64,000 bases of DNA, from contig NW_008246077.1 in NCBI RefSeq assembly GCF_000281045.1, positions 900,137-964,136 on the forward strand. Direction: 5' to 3'. Every line of letters starts with the position of its first letter. Positions within the stretch are counted from its first letter, which is position 1. Origin of the DNA: Saprolegnia diclina VS20. Taxonomy: Eukaryota. A program made the translations under genes and the position numbers. Of this stretch, positions 1 to 12,700 are shown piece after piece. Below the pieces are notes generated by a model. The model had not been told where the DNA came from. It ran no database searches and saw only the letters and a list, made by a program, of their open reading frames with translations.

Positions 1-303
1 ATCTTGTCTTGCGCTTTGTATGAAATACAATGCATTCGCAACGGACCCAGTGGTGCGAATTCGGCGACGGTTTCGGGAAAGCGAGCGATGTGATTGGCTA
101 TTACTCTGGCAACCATCGTTTTGACTCGTGATTTGTAAGCCGTGCACACACCTCGCTCGAATTCGCCTAACAAGTAATACCGGCCTCAGCACCACAGCCA
201 TGCCACGTCACGACCATCTTGGCACTCTCAATCATGGTGGATCCTGACGTTTTTGCAATCGACACCAATGGAGAACAAGCACGTCACTGATATTTTTTGG
301 AAT

Positions 304-2022
304 TTATTTGGGGCATGTGCCGTTTACCGTGCCCTTGCCACCGGCGATGCGGTAGCACTTGGTCGAAGGGTAGATAGCCATAATGGAGCTCGTCATCGAG
401 AAGACCATGGACGCGAGGAACGCGAGAATGAGGAGGCTGCCAGCAAGTTTGCTCGAGCCACCGCGGCGCTTGAGTTCTTGCATCTGCGCCTTTTGCGGCG
501 GCAATAGGAAGAGCCAGCCGAGCGCGAGCACCTTGCAGCTGTACGAGATCAAGAAGACGTACGTGGCTTCCCAGCGGACGTGCGTCGAGTCGGTCAAGAT
601 GTTGTCTTGCGAGACGTCAAAGTACGAGTCAATGTACTTGTAGATGACCGAGGCGACGGGCGACGCAAGGTTCCCGACCGTCGTAATGAGGCCGTACGTC
701 GCGCCTTCGTTGCCGACATCGGCAATTTCAACCGCGCAGTACGTCGAGACAATGAAGCGGACGCTCATCGGGATGTTGTCGGCCATCGTGACGCCCGTGT
801 AGAACCACTGGTTGCGGTAGACGTCCCAGACCGTCATCATCATGACAAACGAGTCGATTGCGACCATCCCGAGCGACGCAATTGCGATCGTCCAGCGCCA
901 GTTCCAGTTGAGGCCCCACTTGCCGACAATGATGAGAAGCGCGGCGTAAATCACATTCCCGAGTGCCGCCGAGAGCGAGTCGTTGAGCGGCTCGACTTTG
1001 GCCCACTTGGACGCGATCGGCGACGTCGGGGTCGCCGACATGCTGTGAAACATGGTGTTGATGAAGCGGAACGCGCAGATTTGCCACATGACGCGCTTCT
1101 GGAGGAGACCCCAGAACGACCGGCGCCAGTCACCAAACGACGTCGCATGCGACGGTGCCTCGACGACGACAAAGATGGTCGTGAGCACGACGACAATGCA
1201 AGGCGCGAGGCAAATGCCGTACACGGCGTTCGGCGGCACAGCAAAGTCAAACGACCCGCCGTACTCCTTGCCATTGAGAAGAAACGCGACGACAAGCTGG
1301 GCAAAGACGCCCGTGATCGTGCGGACCGTGTAAATCGCAGTCTGGACACGCCCGCGAATGGCCTCGGGCTCGCGCTGCGCGTACTGGACGACCATCGCGT
1401 CGGACGCACAAGCCGCAATGACGTAGCCAAACGAGATGAACATGGAGAGAATGATAAACGTCGAGCCGCGCGCGGGGGCGTCAAAGTTGAGGAACTTGGC
1501 CTTGTCCGCGTCGCTGATGTTGCGCAGCGGCGTCTTGCAGACGTTGTTGGGGATGCGGCGGTCGCAATACGGCGCGCCGATCGGCAGGAACGTCATGACA
1601 GCGAGGCAGACCATGGTGGTGAACCATCCGATGAGCATCCACGACTTGCGGCGGTAGCCAAAGATCGGGACACAGTCCGAGAGCATGCCCCAGAAGACCT
1701 TGAACGTCCAGCCGACCGTCACCAAGACGCCGTACGAGGCGGTTTGGTACCCTTCCATGTTGAGGTACACGGTGTAGATGGGCAGCGAGAGCACGGGCAG
1801 CATGCCGTAGAGAACACCAATCGCGCCATATTGCGAAAAGAGTCCAAAGGCTTCGCGCGACCAGAGAGCGAGCGGCCCGCCTTCCACGAGCGCGCCGTTC
1901 TCGAGGTCCTTGGGCGTCTCTTGCGACTCGAAACCATCTTTTAGAACAAGCTCCGCCTTGGGTTTGGTCGTCGACGACAAAATGTACGACGCCCGTTCGT
2001 GGAGGTCGTCGGTGTTGGCCAT
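304..2022 (-). CDS. BT1/FBT (folate-biopterin transporter)-like MFS membrane protein, intronless
   Basis: About 12 hydrophobic segments; motifs WTFKVFWGMLSDCVPIFGYRRKSW and DAMVVQYAQREP..RGRVQT typical of oomycete BT1-like transporters. ATG at 2022 is preceded by an INR/FPR motif. Confidence 0.8.
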   Translation of the reverse strand: MANTDDLHERASYILSSTTKPKAELVLKDGFESQETPKDLENGALVEGGPLALWSREAFGLFSQYGAIGVLYGMLPVLSLPIYTVYLNMEGYQTASYGVLVTVGWTFKVFWGMLSDCVPIFGYRRKSWMLIGWFTTMVCLAVMTFLPIGAPYCDRRIPNNVCKTPLRNISDADKAKFLNFDAPARGSTFIILSMFISFGYVIAACASDAMVVQYAQREPEAIRGRVQTAIYTVRTITGVFAQLVVAFLLNGKEYGGSFDFAVPPNAVYGICLAPCIVVVLTTIFVVVEAPSHATSFGDWRRSFWGLLQKRVMWQICAFRFINTMFHSMSATPTSPIASKWAKVEPLNDSLSAALGNVIYAALLIIVGKWGLNWNWRWTIAIASLGMVAIDSFVMMMTVWDVYRNQWFYTGVTMADNIPMSVRFIVSTYCAVEIADVGNEGATYGLITTVGNLASPVASVIYKYIDSYFDVSQDNILTDSTHVRWEATYVFLISYSCKVLALGWLFLLPPQKAQMQELKRRGGSSKLAGSLLILAFLASMVFSMTSSIMAIYPSTKCYRIAGGKGTVNGTCPK

Positions 2023-2029
2023 GCCGACG

Positions 2030-2046
2030 GAAAATGGAAAATGAAC
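2030..2046 (-). promoter_or_regulatory. Oomycete INR/FPR core promoter element
   Basis: Minus strand GTTCATTTTCCATTTTC fits the YCAYTYYNNAWTTY-type consensus and ends 7 nt upstream of the ATG at 2022. Confidence 0.6.
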
Positions 2047-2501
2047 AAGACGATGATCGATGGTCGAGGGTCCGTGAGAAGACGAAAGCAAAATCAGATG
2101 CAACGTTGTGCATCCGCTTCAACGCATCGACACGCAATCACAATTGGTGCACAGCACAGAGACACCTAGGAGGTGCCCCGGCTAGCTTAATTTACATGAC
2201 ACGTACCGAGGTCGGACGCCTCGTTGACGACTGCGACACGACGCTTGATGCAAGACGCGACGCCATGCGCCTTGCTCATTCGCCATCGACCAAAGCACAT
2301 GGTACAAAGGTTCGTGCATACATTGTTCAAGTGATCTGGCGCGCAGGCTGCCATGATGCAAGGGTTTCCTGGCCGCCGATTCGCGCGCGCCGTTTTGTAT
2401 GTCACGGCGCACGGTCAAATGGGAACCTTGTTGGACGTATCCGGATGTTCGCGCACGTCACATATGCCGGATACTAGTACGGAGGTAGAAAGTGCAGCAA
2501 C

Positions 2502-3180
2502 ATGGGCGTAGCGTTGGAGGTCGTGGGCCGCAAGACGGCGCCGTCCGTCCTCGCCGGTATCGTGGCCATCGAGAAGAAGTGAGTCGACACGAAGTGACCT
2601 GCGCCGCTACGAGACGCCTTTGCGTAGAGCCTTTCCCAAGCACGAGAGCCTCGTCGACTACATCCTCAAGGAGGCAACGACCACGTAACCAAATCCAACT
2701 GTGCCCACTCGTGCCCGCTCGCGCTTGATCACGTTCTTCGTAGCGGCAACACGTTTTTGGCAGCTGTCGACGACGGCGCCGTCATCGGCTACGTCCTGCT
2801 GAGCCGCAACTCGGTATGTCACGACGTCGCCTGTCTGTTGTCATGACGAGCGTAGGTCAGCGGCCACATTGGCAAGCTTGCCGTCGCTCCGCACCGGCGC
2901 CGCCAAGGCCTCGGGCGCTTTCTCATGCACGAAGCCATCTCACGCATGCGGAGGTACTACGCTAGGACTCGATCTCTGCATGGAAACGGCATACAAAGGT
3001 AGTGCCATGAGCATCTCGCTGCATGTGGGCGTCGAGCGCACGGGCGCCTTTGCCTTGTACGAATCGCTCGGCTTTCGCATTCAACACACACGCAAGGACT
3101 ACTACAAGGTCGGCCGCGATGCGTACTTTATGGAGCTCGACGCGGACGACTTTGCCGGCGCCTTGGCAACGACCGGCTAG
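2502..3180 (+). CDS. GNAT family N-acetyltransferase (RimI-like), about 4 short introns
   Basis: Spliced reading: MGVALEVV..AIEKK / FPKHE.. / VIGYVLL.. / GHIGKLAVAPHRRRQGLGRFLM (acetyl-CoA motif) / ISLHV..N-like AFALYESLGF..RKDYYKVGRDAYFM. Confidence 0.8.
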
Positions 3181-3184
3181 ATAG

Positions 3185-6100
3185 CTACGTCCGCGCGCCG
3201 TCGACCGCGTACGCCTCGGCGACCAGCGTTGCATCTAAGGCGTAGGTCAACACCACAAGAATTCTCTGGCGCTGCGATCGACGCGTACCGAACGGCGACT
3301 TTTCGGCAAAACACAATTCGCAGGCGTAAATTGGGTCAGCGTACACCCCCTTTCGGTGCTGGGGGCAGTAGACACTCGCAAAGCGCGCATAGCAGAGCTC
3401 GCAAAAGATGCACGCCTCGGGCTTGGCCCACGACTGGCGCAGTTGCTTGGGGTTGTAGTAATAGACCTCGCCTAGCATGCACACTCGGATGCATGGCACC
3501 ACCAAGTCCACTGCACCAGTAATGTCGGGCACGATGTACCACTTGTCGAGAAGCGGAATGTCCTTGGAGCCCAGACACGCGGGTTTCGGGCACAGCGTGC
3601 CCGTGCGAAGATTGCGATACACGACTTGGCCGCTTGGCACGTCGTACTCTTTTAAAAAGAGCGCTTCGACCTTGCGGCACAAGAGGCGCCGCGCCAAACA
3701 CACTTTGGCACCACGCTGGATGCGGGTCGCGGCCGCAAACTTGCGGGCCGCGTCGGCTTGCAGCTCGGCTTTCTACCGCGATTTTGTTCAAAAAGAGAAA
3801 CATGCAAAACGACCTACTCGGTCGCGGTCCACGTCGTCTTGCTCTCGCTGCTTGTAGGCGGTGGCGGCCAGTGTCCACTCGTGGCGGACCTACGTCGCGC
3901 TTTCATTCTGCTATGCGAGAGGAAAGGTGGAAGCGTACGCGGTCGCGCTCGGCCTCCATTTCTTCCTCGAGGACGTCGTGCTGGGCTCGCTCGCGGATCT
4001 CGGACGACTCCATCGCGACGCCCGACGCTTTGTATTTCTTCCGCAGCGCCTACAGGGGTTTCGACCCGAGTCCTCATGGCTGGGTGACGTGCCTTGAAGT
4101 GTTCGGTCGTGCGGCGCTCGAGGTCGGCCTTGATGGCATCTTGCTCCTTGGACGTCGGTCGCAGCAGAAGCTCTTGGAGCTGCGTGCGGACAAGATTCGC
4201 GCGGCTCTCGACCTTGGCGCTCCAGTCCACCTCCAACTGCGTCCATTTCTCGGCCTTTTCGCGCGCTTTGGCCGCGGCCGTCTCGTCGCGCTTTCGAAAG
4301 ACCTCTTCCCACTCGCGCCGCCGCCGGAGCAGCGTCACCTTTTGCTTTTCTCTAGAACACACTAAGTACCGATGATGGGAAAGGAAGCTGCGCCACTTGT
4401 CGTCGATCTTGTGCCGCGCTTGGGCCGCGCGCGTCTCTTCGCGCAGCGCGTCGTAGTACTCGGTGACCGCGCGCTTGTGCTCTTGCTTTTGACGCGCCGC
4501 CGCGTCCAAAAGTGCTTGCATCTCAAGCTCGACGCGGCGGTTTTCGCGCGAGTCGCCGTCCGCCTTTTTCTCTTGGACGTGGCGGTGGCATTTGCGGCAG
4601 AAGCGCTACGTGGATCCTGAGACAATCCCAAGGACGACCAGTGTTGCTACTTGAAGCTGGCGCGCAGCGCGGTCGCGAATGGACGCATAAAACGCAGCTC
4701 GGTCGGCTTGGATCTTGGCCATTTCGGCCTGAAAGTACGCCAGGAGCACCTTGCGCGCGAGGACCCGACCCCGCCAACCGCGAAAGATACGCTAGTCGAG
4801 AGACCCTAACCCTTTGGCTAAAAACACACGCCATTTCACGAACCTGAATTTGGACAGCAAAGCGACTTTGCATTTGGAGTCGCTTGAGGTACTTGAGAAG
4901 GTCGCCGCGCTGCCGATAGATGCGCTGGATGCTAACCGCGGCTTCGTACGTCGCAAGGACGGACAGGAAGAGTTTACGCCCGCGCAGCCCACGGTAGACA
5001 CGCTACGCAAGTGTCTAGTCGGCGGGTTATCAAGAGCTGTTGCACCTGGATCTCGGACGCAGCGACGTCTTGCAAAGCGTGCTCTCTCAAATTCTCAAAC
5101 GCGTTGGCTTGCTTGTACGTCGAGAGATGCAAGAGGCAGCGAATGGCTGTCTCTCGCGCCCGGCGCCGCGCGTCGACATACAGCGACCACTCGCGCATGC
5201 ACTAGGATGCAAGGTTGTAGTGTGTACAATAGGGTACTATTCCAAAGGGTAATAGTACCTTGCGCAAGCTGCGCCGTTTGAATTGGCGCAAAAACCGCTG
5301 GCACGTGGCCTTGTCCTGGGCTTCTTTTCGTGCGAGATACAAATACTCGCGAATACACGGGCTCGTGAGCTCGTGGAAAAAGTGCGTCGCTTTCGACGCA
5401 GGGGCAAAGAGCTCTTGCAGCGGCGGCTGCGCCATGAGCCTCTGCATGTGCGAAAATCGAATGCTACCGCGCACAAGAACAGACTCGGGGAGCAAGTTGT
5501 CTGCTTGTGCAATCTACACCAGGTGTCTATTTTCACACAACATTGACAGGTTGGCCATCACCCGTTGGTTGATGATGCGCGAGCACGCGTGGCTAGGGCT
5601 GAGCATGTTGAAGATTTCATACAGCTGCTGGCGCGAGATGGTGGCCTGCGGCGACTCGTCCAAGTAGCCGGACGAACTAAAGACGAGGAAGCTCCACCGA
5701 AAGAGGTCCTCTTCGCTCTGCGCCGGGTACCGCAAGGCGCTACACGATACGAAACACTTCTGCAAAGGCAATTAATATCATACCGAAACGCGCAGAGGAG
5801 GAGGCGCCAGTTGAGCACGAGCGTGCTCATCGTGTGGGAGGTTGGGATCTTGGACGTCGAGTTCTCACACCAATAATGCAGTCGCTCGAGCTGCTTGAGC
5901 AACTGGCGCTTTGGCTTGTCCACGTCTGCGCCGGCCTCGAGACCGTAAATGCCGCGAAACACGCCCAAGAGTCGCGCCTTGGTGACCATGTCGTGCGGAA
6001 ACGACCGGTGCAGCGTCTCGTAGAGCCCGCGGTCGTGGCCCGAAAGCGGGATGCAATGAAACGCGTCGTGGGCCTCGAGCGTCTGATGCTATCGCTCGCC

Positions 6101-6250
6101 ATCGAACTCTGCTAGACATGTCGGGATTTGTACCAGCTGTAGAAGCTCTTGCCAGCGCTTGACAGAGAACCGCTCGACGAGCTTGTTCGCTTCTCCATGC
6201 ACCGTCTGCAGCTCCATGCGCAGCGTCCGCGCTTTTGGCGGCTCCAACAT
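3185..6250 (-). CDS. Large multi-exon coiled-coil protein with IQ motif(s), WW-like segments and a C-terminal B-box-like Cys/His motif
   Basis: Exon pieces: MLEPPKARTLRMEL.., coiled coil LLDAAARQKQEHKR.., IQ-like AATRIQRGAKVCLARR, WW-like WYIVPD..YYYNP..QSWAKP, and CELC..C..H..CELCF. Whether this is one gene or two is uncertain. Confidence 0.55.
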
Positions 6251-6359
6251 TGCCGTTTCGAGGATCGCAACCGTTCAAGATACCACCAGTACGCCTTTTT
6301 GGTCCCAGAAATTACCACGTGCGATAGATTACCGACAAGAGCAATATAGTCTGGTGGTG

Positions 6360-7481
6360 CTAAAAGGACCGAGAGCGCGCTGTTGACGGCCAATTGTCGG
6401 GCGTTAGGTCGACGGTCTCGCTCTTTTGCGCAGCGCGCCGCCAGCGCCAGACGCAGACGCCAAGCCAGAGTGCGCTAAGGAGGAGGAGGCCAGATGTAAT
6501 CGCGATCGCGTCTGCCCACTGGCGTATCGTCGTCTGGAGTGTGAACCCGAAACATTCGTCGTGGGATGGCTCCAGCGTCGTCCGGCGCCAGTCGGAGAGG
6601 CATGAGCTGCACGAGGTGGCCCAGTAGATGCAAAAGATACCTGCGGCGCTCGGCGCCGTCATCGGGCACGTCGTATGCACCCACGTCGCCAACTTGGGCT
6701 CTTCCTTTCGCTCGCGCGGCGACCGGCGAAGCTTGGCACAGCCTTGGCAAATCGCTTTCATTTCCGAGTCGAGCGCCTCCGTCTTGGCCGCCGCGCAAAA
6801 GCTGTCGATCGTCGTCGTCGCGTTGATCGCCACGTTGGCCAATGTTGTCGGCAGCGTTGCAAGCGCTTTTGTGACGGCGGCCGTGCCACTGGTGTTGGCC
6901 CAGAGGCCGTGGCGCACAAGCGTCTGGTTGAGCGGCCATTTTCTGCAGTAGGCGTTGCCTTCTGCGTCGCAGTACGCCGTGTTAAAGTAGTACGCGGCGA
7001 TGTTCGGGTACGCCTCGTCGTACGCCGGCACGGGCGGGGCCCCGGGCGCCGAGAGGCTCTCGGCATACGAGCCCTGCGCGGTGGCCAAGTAGGCTTCCAC
7101 GCGGTGTGCATACGTCGTTAGCGTTGGCGCCTTCTCGATCGCGTACATGGCGCTGCCGCGCGCCGTCAGCGCACCTCCGAGCACGACACTGCAAAAGACC
7201 ACGTCAGCGACCAGCAACATGAGGCAGAGCGCGAGCGACGGCTTCGCGCGCGTCCATAGGAGGTGCAAGAGCCCGAGACCAGAGACCACGAGCAAGAGCG
7301 TGCCCATCGTAGCGGTGCCGAGCAGGACCCGGAGCCGTCCGTACATCGAGTCTTCGAAGAGGTAGAGACCAATGCCGTAGACTGCAAGCACGAGCCATAT
7401 CAGGGCCAGCGCCAGCGCAGCTTTTGTGCGCTGTAGCATCTCGAGAAATGACTCGGAAAAGACAACTTTCGACGTGTCCAC
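6360..7481 (-). CDS. Tetraspanin-like 4-TM protein with a large Cys-rich extracellular loop
   Basis: Three N-terminal hydrophobic helices, a ~200-aa Cys-containing loop and one C-terminal helix; no canonical CCG motif seen. Confidence 0.6.
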   Translation of the reverse strand: MDTSKVVFSESFLEMLQRTKAALALALIWLVLAVYGIGLYLFEDSMYGRLRVLLGTATMGTLLLVVSGLGLLHLLWTRAKPSLALCLMLLVADVVFCSVVLGGALTARGSAMYAIEKAPTLTTYAHRVEAYLATAQGSYAESLSAPGAPPVPAYDEAYPNIAAYYFNTAYCDAEGNAYCRKWPLNQTLVRHGLWANTSGTAAVTKALATLPTTLANVAINATTTIDSFCAAAKTEALDSEMKAICQGCAKLRRSPRERKEEPKLATWVHTTCPMTAPSAAGIFCIYWATSCSSCLSDWRRTTLEPSHDECFGFTLQTTIRQWADAIAITSGLLLLSALWLGVCVWRWRRAAQKSETVDLTPDNWPSTARSRSF

Positions 7482-7887
7482 ATGACGGCCAGCGCAAGGT
7501 GTCTACAAGGGTGTCCAACACCGGCGTGTCGCATGGCGTCAAGCTAACGTCAACCGGATGCGACTTCAAATGTTGCCCAATTTGCCTTCTTCCGTCGCTT
7601 AACGTGTTGACGTGCGGCCTTGGTCAGCACCCTACCGTAGGCAACTAGAATTTACACATGTAGGAGACTAGTCTAGTGCAGTGTAGAGCAACGTACCATC
7701 ATGATATTTCAGTGTCGGCTACGTCACGAAGTTGCTCCTTCTGAGGCGTGCGCCCGCCCGATCGCGATAGATCAACATGACGACAGAGTGCAATTCGACC
7801 ACTAAATATCCTTAAAATCAGTGAAAAAGACAAAATTGATATCCGGTTTGTCTTTGAGCGATCAGTACCGTCCGCTACTGCGACCTC

Positions 7888-9231
7888 CTACGACGCCTCG
7901 TCATCGCTACTCTCCTCGTCGTACTCGTCGTCGTCGTCGGCGAACTCGTCGTCGTTGCTGCGGAGAGCGGTTTGCGGCAGCTGAAACGCAACCAACGGGA
8001 TTGGGATGCGCAGCGGCGGGCCCAATGGGGCGGCGATCGTTCCTGGTACAAATTCAAAGTACCCTTCCAGCGACGCGACTGCACTCGCGAGGCTGGCGCC
8101 AGGGCCGTCGACAACGTCCGTGACAATGCCGCCGTCCGAGTACGAGCCGTACGAAAACTCGGGCGTCGCGGCGCTCAATAGCGGGTAATAGCCGACAACG
8201 CCGTCGCCGTCGACCTCGCTCGCTTGACCGTCCGTGTAGCGGAAGATCCAGTGGCGCCGCGTGAGCTGCATCGACGCATGCTTGCAGTCACGGTATGTGA
8301 ACGTGACGCGGTACGTCACCCGCGCCATGTTGAGGAGGAAGAGCGTGGACACGTGCACGTTGATACCGTACGTCGTAAGGTCACCGACGCCCGGCCCCGC
8401 CTCGCGAAAGCCGGACGGCGCCGTGATCGTCTCGTTGGCGCGCACGATGCGACGCACGCCCGTCGATACTTCCGACACAAAGGTGTTGAGCCACGTCTCG
8501 AAGAAACCAAGGTCTTCGAACGGGATCGCGCCCATCGGGATCGGCCCCATGCGGTGGGCCCGCCCCATGGCCTTGCCGTACCGGATGACATGGCCAGAAA
8601 GGGCCCCGTCGAGCACCAAGCCAAAACCTTCTTCGATGCCGGGCGCCCACGCGAAGCCGAGGATCGTCCCAAAGTGCTGCGTATGCAGCGATAGCACGTC
8701 GACGGTCCATCGGCGCCTGAGATGCAGCGCGTACACGTCGTTGTAGCAGACGAAGAAGCCAAAGAGCGCGGCGCAGCACATCTGCATGTCCATGAACGAC
8801 GTGTTCGTGAACAAGTGGTAGAGCATCAAGAGGAGCTTCTCGCCACGCGTGCACGACGTCGCTTCCGGCCGCCAGAGGTCGCGTCGGCCACCCGACGGCG
8901 CTAAGAGCTGGACAAATGGCACGTTGTGCGCCGTCTCGGCCGCTGCAGACGGGTTGATGGTACGCAACACGCTCACGGCTGGCGCGATCGCCGCGTAGAT
9001 GTCCAGGTGGCCGGGGTACTGCGCAGCGACCGCAGCGAACGCTCGTTGGTTGGCACCGGTGACGTCGCTAAGGCTCGGCGGTATGCAGTACCGGCGCAGC
9101 AGTGGCAGCCACAGGCGGTTGCTGCTCGCAACCTGCCGCCAGCGCTGGCAGACGCAGCCGGCGCGGACCCAGTCGCGGTGGTCGTCGAGGTACTCAAAGA
9201 TGAGATGGAGGACGTCGGGCGAGGAGGCCAT
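7888..9231 (-). CDS. F-box + ApaG (DUF525) domain protein, FBXO3/SKIP16-like, acidic tail
   Basis: N-terminal F-box (PDVLHLIFEYLD..CVCQRWRQVA..LW); ApaG motifs YRVTF..QLTRRHWIF..VDGDGVVGYYPLL..FSYGS..LEGYFEF; D/E-rich C-terminus. Confidence 0.85.
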   Translation of the reverse strand: MASSPDVLHLIFEYLDDHRDWVRAGCVCQRWRQVASSNRLWLPLLRRYCIPPSLSDVTGANQRAFAAVAAQYPGHLDIYAAIAPAVSVLRTINPSAAAETAHNVPFVQLLAPSGGRRDLWRPEATSCTRGEKLLLMLYHLFTNTSFMDMQMCCAALFGFFVCYNDVYALHLRRRWTVDVLSLHTQHFGTILGFAWAPGIEEGFGLVLDGALSGHVIRYGKAMGRAHRMGPIPMGAIPFEDLGFFETWLNTFVSEVSTGVRRIVRANETITAPSGFREAGPGVGDLTTYGINVHVSTLFLLNMARVTYRVTFTYRDCKHASMQLTRRHWIFRYTDGQASEVDGDGVVGYYPLLSAATPEFSYGSYSDGGIVTDVVDGPGASLASAVASLEGYFEFVPGTIAAPLGPPLRIPIPLVAFQLPQTALRSNDDEFADDDDEYDEESSDDEAS

Positions 9232-9775
9232 AGCGTCGATCTTCTTGCCGATGACGCGTATCCGGACACCGGAGATAGCAGGTTTTCCTTACCGACACCG
9301 TTTGCATTCCGCTTTGCCGACACTATACCCAGGCGCACACCTGTGTAGCTGTGGACTCCCTCTGTAGCTCGACAACATGCTTTTGCACTGGATCTGGAGT
9401 ATGTTGCAGGAGCAGGTACATCCTGCGCCTGCAGCATGCGCATGGGACACCATGGTCTGGGCACTGTCGCTTCCAAACTTCAACCTTTACCGTTAGACGC
9501 ATCTCATAACCGACAGATATCGGCACAAGGGGCTGCCACGTGGGCATGGCCGCGTCTAAGTCAGTGTTGTCGCCGTCGAGTGTCGTCGACGGACGCCACT
9601 GCTTTGTACTACGAGGTCCACAGAAGAAGACCACAATTATGCGCGTGTGTCGACTAATCTTCTCGTCGTTGACGAAGACGACATTTGTTCGACATGGCAA
9701 CCTCTAATTTCCCGCCAAGCTTTTTCTACTGTTCGCCTTCGATTCGAATGGACTTGGTGCCGCAGCCTCGAGAAA

Positions 9776-9792
9776 CCTCACTTGGCAATTTT
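9776..9792 (+). promoter_or_regulatory. Oomycete INR/FPR core promoter element
   Basis: CCTCACTTGGCAATTTT lies immediately upstream of ATG 9797. Confidence 0.6.
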
Positions 9793-9796
9793 GATC

Positions 9797-12700
9797 ATGA
9801 TCGCACCCTCGGCGCTCATTGCCTTTGCGACTGCTGCGTCGGCCTATGTGCAGTTTGACAACCAGTTTGCACTGCACCTCGAAGCGAGGTCAGCGGCCGA
9901 CTCGCCGTGGAGCGCTGCGTACCTCACTGCGTCGTCGGACCTCGTGACGATGGACGTCGACGGCGTCGGCGGTCTCTCGCTCCTCGATGCCAACGCCGAC
10001 GTGAGCCCGTCCTGGCCGTCGTGCAACCAGTCGCCTTTGGCATCGACCACGCCGTGCAGCATCAACGTACTCTTTGCGATCTCGCAGTGCCTCGACAAGT
10101 CGACGGCGCTCGTCTTCAAGCAGTGGATGGACAAGCTCGTGGCCAGCGAAGACAAATTCCTGACCGGCGGCAAGCCGTGCGACATCACCTTTTCCACGGT
10201 CGTCCTCTCCGATTGCGCGTCGACGCCGGTCACTGGCAAGGACGCCAAGATCTACCTCCCGCGCGACGGCGCGTCGGCCTTTCTCTCCAACAACGCCGCA
10301 CTCACCAATGTGCTCGCGACCAAAGACCTCATCGAGTTGTTTACACCGTTTGGCGATGTCTACTGCAGTCTCAACGCCACGTCGCACTTGGCGCCGAACG
10401 CCGTCGTGAGTCTCTTTGGTGACGCGATGTCCCACAAAGTCATCACGGCATACGAGCAAGATCGCCGCATCCACACCGTCTTCAACTACCATGTCTGCAG
10501 CGGGAAGGATGCGTCGGCGTGCGCTGCGTGCCATACGGCTTTTGCGGACGACTCGGTGCTCCTCCTGACCGACGCCGATCTCTTCTCGCACAGCCCATTT
10601 AAAGCCGTCCAGAGCTTCCATTGCGCGAGCGCGCTCCCGAACGGCCTCCCCGTCATCTCGCTGAGCAAGGACGATGAACGGCGCTGCCACTGCAAGTGCC
10701 CCACGGGCTACGAAGACGTGGTGCGCAGTGGCCAGCGCACCTGCACGCCCAAGCCCAAAGAGGTGTGCGCGTGCTACTGGAGCAACCGGCGCTACCACTA
10801 CGACATTACTACGGCCGCGACGACCGCAACAGCGTCGACCTGTGCGATCTCGTCGCTGTATCCCGGCACGATCCCTCGCATTCCGTACCCGCGGAGCAAC
10901 TACGTGGCAGAGACACACCGAAATGCCGGAGACAAGGACGACGGCAAGTCGGTCGAGGCTGGCGCACCCTCAATTCAGGTGACGGTCGCCAAGCGGACGG
11001 CGATGGCGCCGACACCGTCCACGGTGTTTACGGCGCCGTATGCCTGGGCGTATTTCGAGCAGCACCGGGATGCGATCACCAACAGTCTTGTCCTCGACAC
11101 GCCAGGTGTCTACAGCATCACGATGACGGCGAAAAGCTACCGCAGCGACGCCGACTGCCAAGTGTGCCTCTCGGTCGTCGATCGGTTCCGGCCCGTGAGT
11201 ACCGCGCGGTGCCCCGTGCCATTGTGCGACAGTGGCAAGTGCGTCGGCGAGCCGGTCGCCGCCTACTCGGCTGCGAATGTGGCCGCCGTCGACAGCGTTC
11301 TCAAGCAGCATGCCGCGTACAGTGCGAGCCAAAACGTCCTCAACGACGGCTGCAGCGAAGCGCGCTGCGACGAGAACCGCTTCTACCGCAAGGACATGTT
11401 TGCTTCGGAGTTTGTCGAGGCGAACGTCAACCTCGGGAACACATGCTTCAAGGACAAGCTCCCTGCGGTCGTCACGACGCAGCTGCAAGCATCGCCGTTC
11501 GGCGAAAAGAGCTGTCGGCTCCAAGACGCGTCTCCTGTGGTTCAAGGGCAGTGCACGCGGTGCTGCAAGTGGACGACACAGCTCAAAGAGCTCTACCGCG
11601 AGTACACGTGCGGCAACACATCGACGCCGATCGCGCAGTGCGCGGGCTCGGACGCAGGCTGCAAGACGACGCAGTGCCTCGCCGCGACGGGCGAAACGTT
11701 CTTCGCCGCCAACGCCGTTGTCCAAGCCGCGTACAAGAAGGCGACGACCGACCTCATTACGCGCCTGTATCCCAAGCGCGGGTACGAGTCGACGTCGGAA
11801 GTACACTTGCTGCTCGAGTGTACGGCGTACGGCGTCACGAACGAAGGCAAGTGCGCGCACGTGGTTGCGATCGACGACCTCTTTGCCGTCACATCGCACC
11901 TCTCGGACGCCAACGGGCTTCTCGCTTCCACCGAGATGGCCACCAAGTATGTCTACTGGCGCTACCGCGTCAACGGCGGTGCGTGGCGCGGCTACAAGGA
12001 CGCCAGCGACGCGTCGCCGCTCCGGTTCGACGTGCAAAAGTCGACCGTGGTGCTCGAAGCGTGGTCGCAGTGCGGTCTCGTCCAGAAGGTTCAGTTTGAT
12101 GTGTACCTCCATCTCAACCGCAAGGTGTGCGTGGCCGATGCGTTCGAGAGCATGTGGTACCAATCGAGCAGTACATTTGACGGCACTGGCGCGCTCTGCA
12201 ATGTGCTGGAGAGCGACTTTGCCGAGCTCACGTTCGACTATGCGCCGTCGATGGGCCTTCGCTGCAGCAACGAGTCCATCGCGCTGCCGTACGTCTCGTC
12301 CGGCGTTCTCTGCACCGTGCAATACGCTACGCGGTCGAGCGCGCTTCTCGTGAGCAGCGACGCGTACAATGCGTCAATTCTAAAGCGCTTTGCGTTCCAA
12401 ATGCTCACCGAGCCAACGACCAAGGCCGACACGACGTTTACGATCGCCTGCAACTTTGCCTACGAAGGCTTCCAGACGCCGAATATCTCGGTGGCTGTCT
12501 CCAAAACGTTTACCGTCAAGAACTGCGACGTGCCCGGGTGGGACTGCCCCTTTGGCGCATGCTCCGACACGTGCGTCGCCGGCAACAAGGGCGCGTACGC
12601 AACCAAGAAACCCGCACCGTTCCAGGTATGCCGCGGCACGGCCGTCTCGGCCACGGCCTCCGCGACGGTCGTGGCCTCGCTCAACCAAACGTGCTGCTCG

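Noticed and set aside
580..1944. Long antisense or alternative-frame ORFs (e.g. 580-1944+, 10696-12099+, 10970-12322-, 23395-24612+, 46006-47484-)
   Set aside because: These are shadows of real genes caused by high GC3 codon bias; they give R/A/V-rich translations without motifs.
4803..4813. ACCCTAACCCT (and GGGGTTAGGG at 63727-63736) telomere-like words
   Set aside because: Isolated short matches inside probable introns of protein genes, with no promoter, enclosing helices or tandem array.
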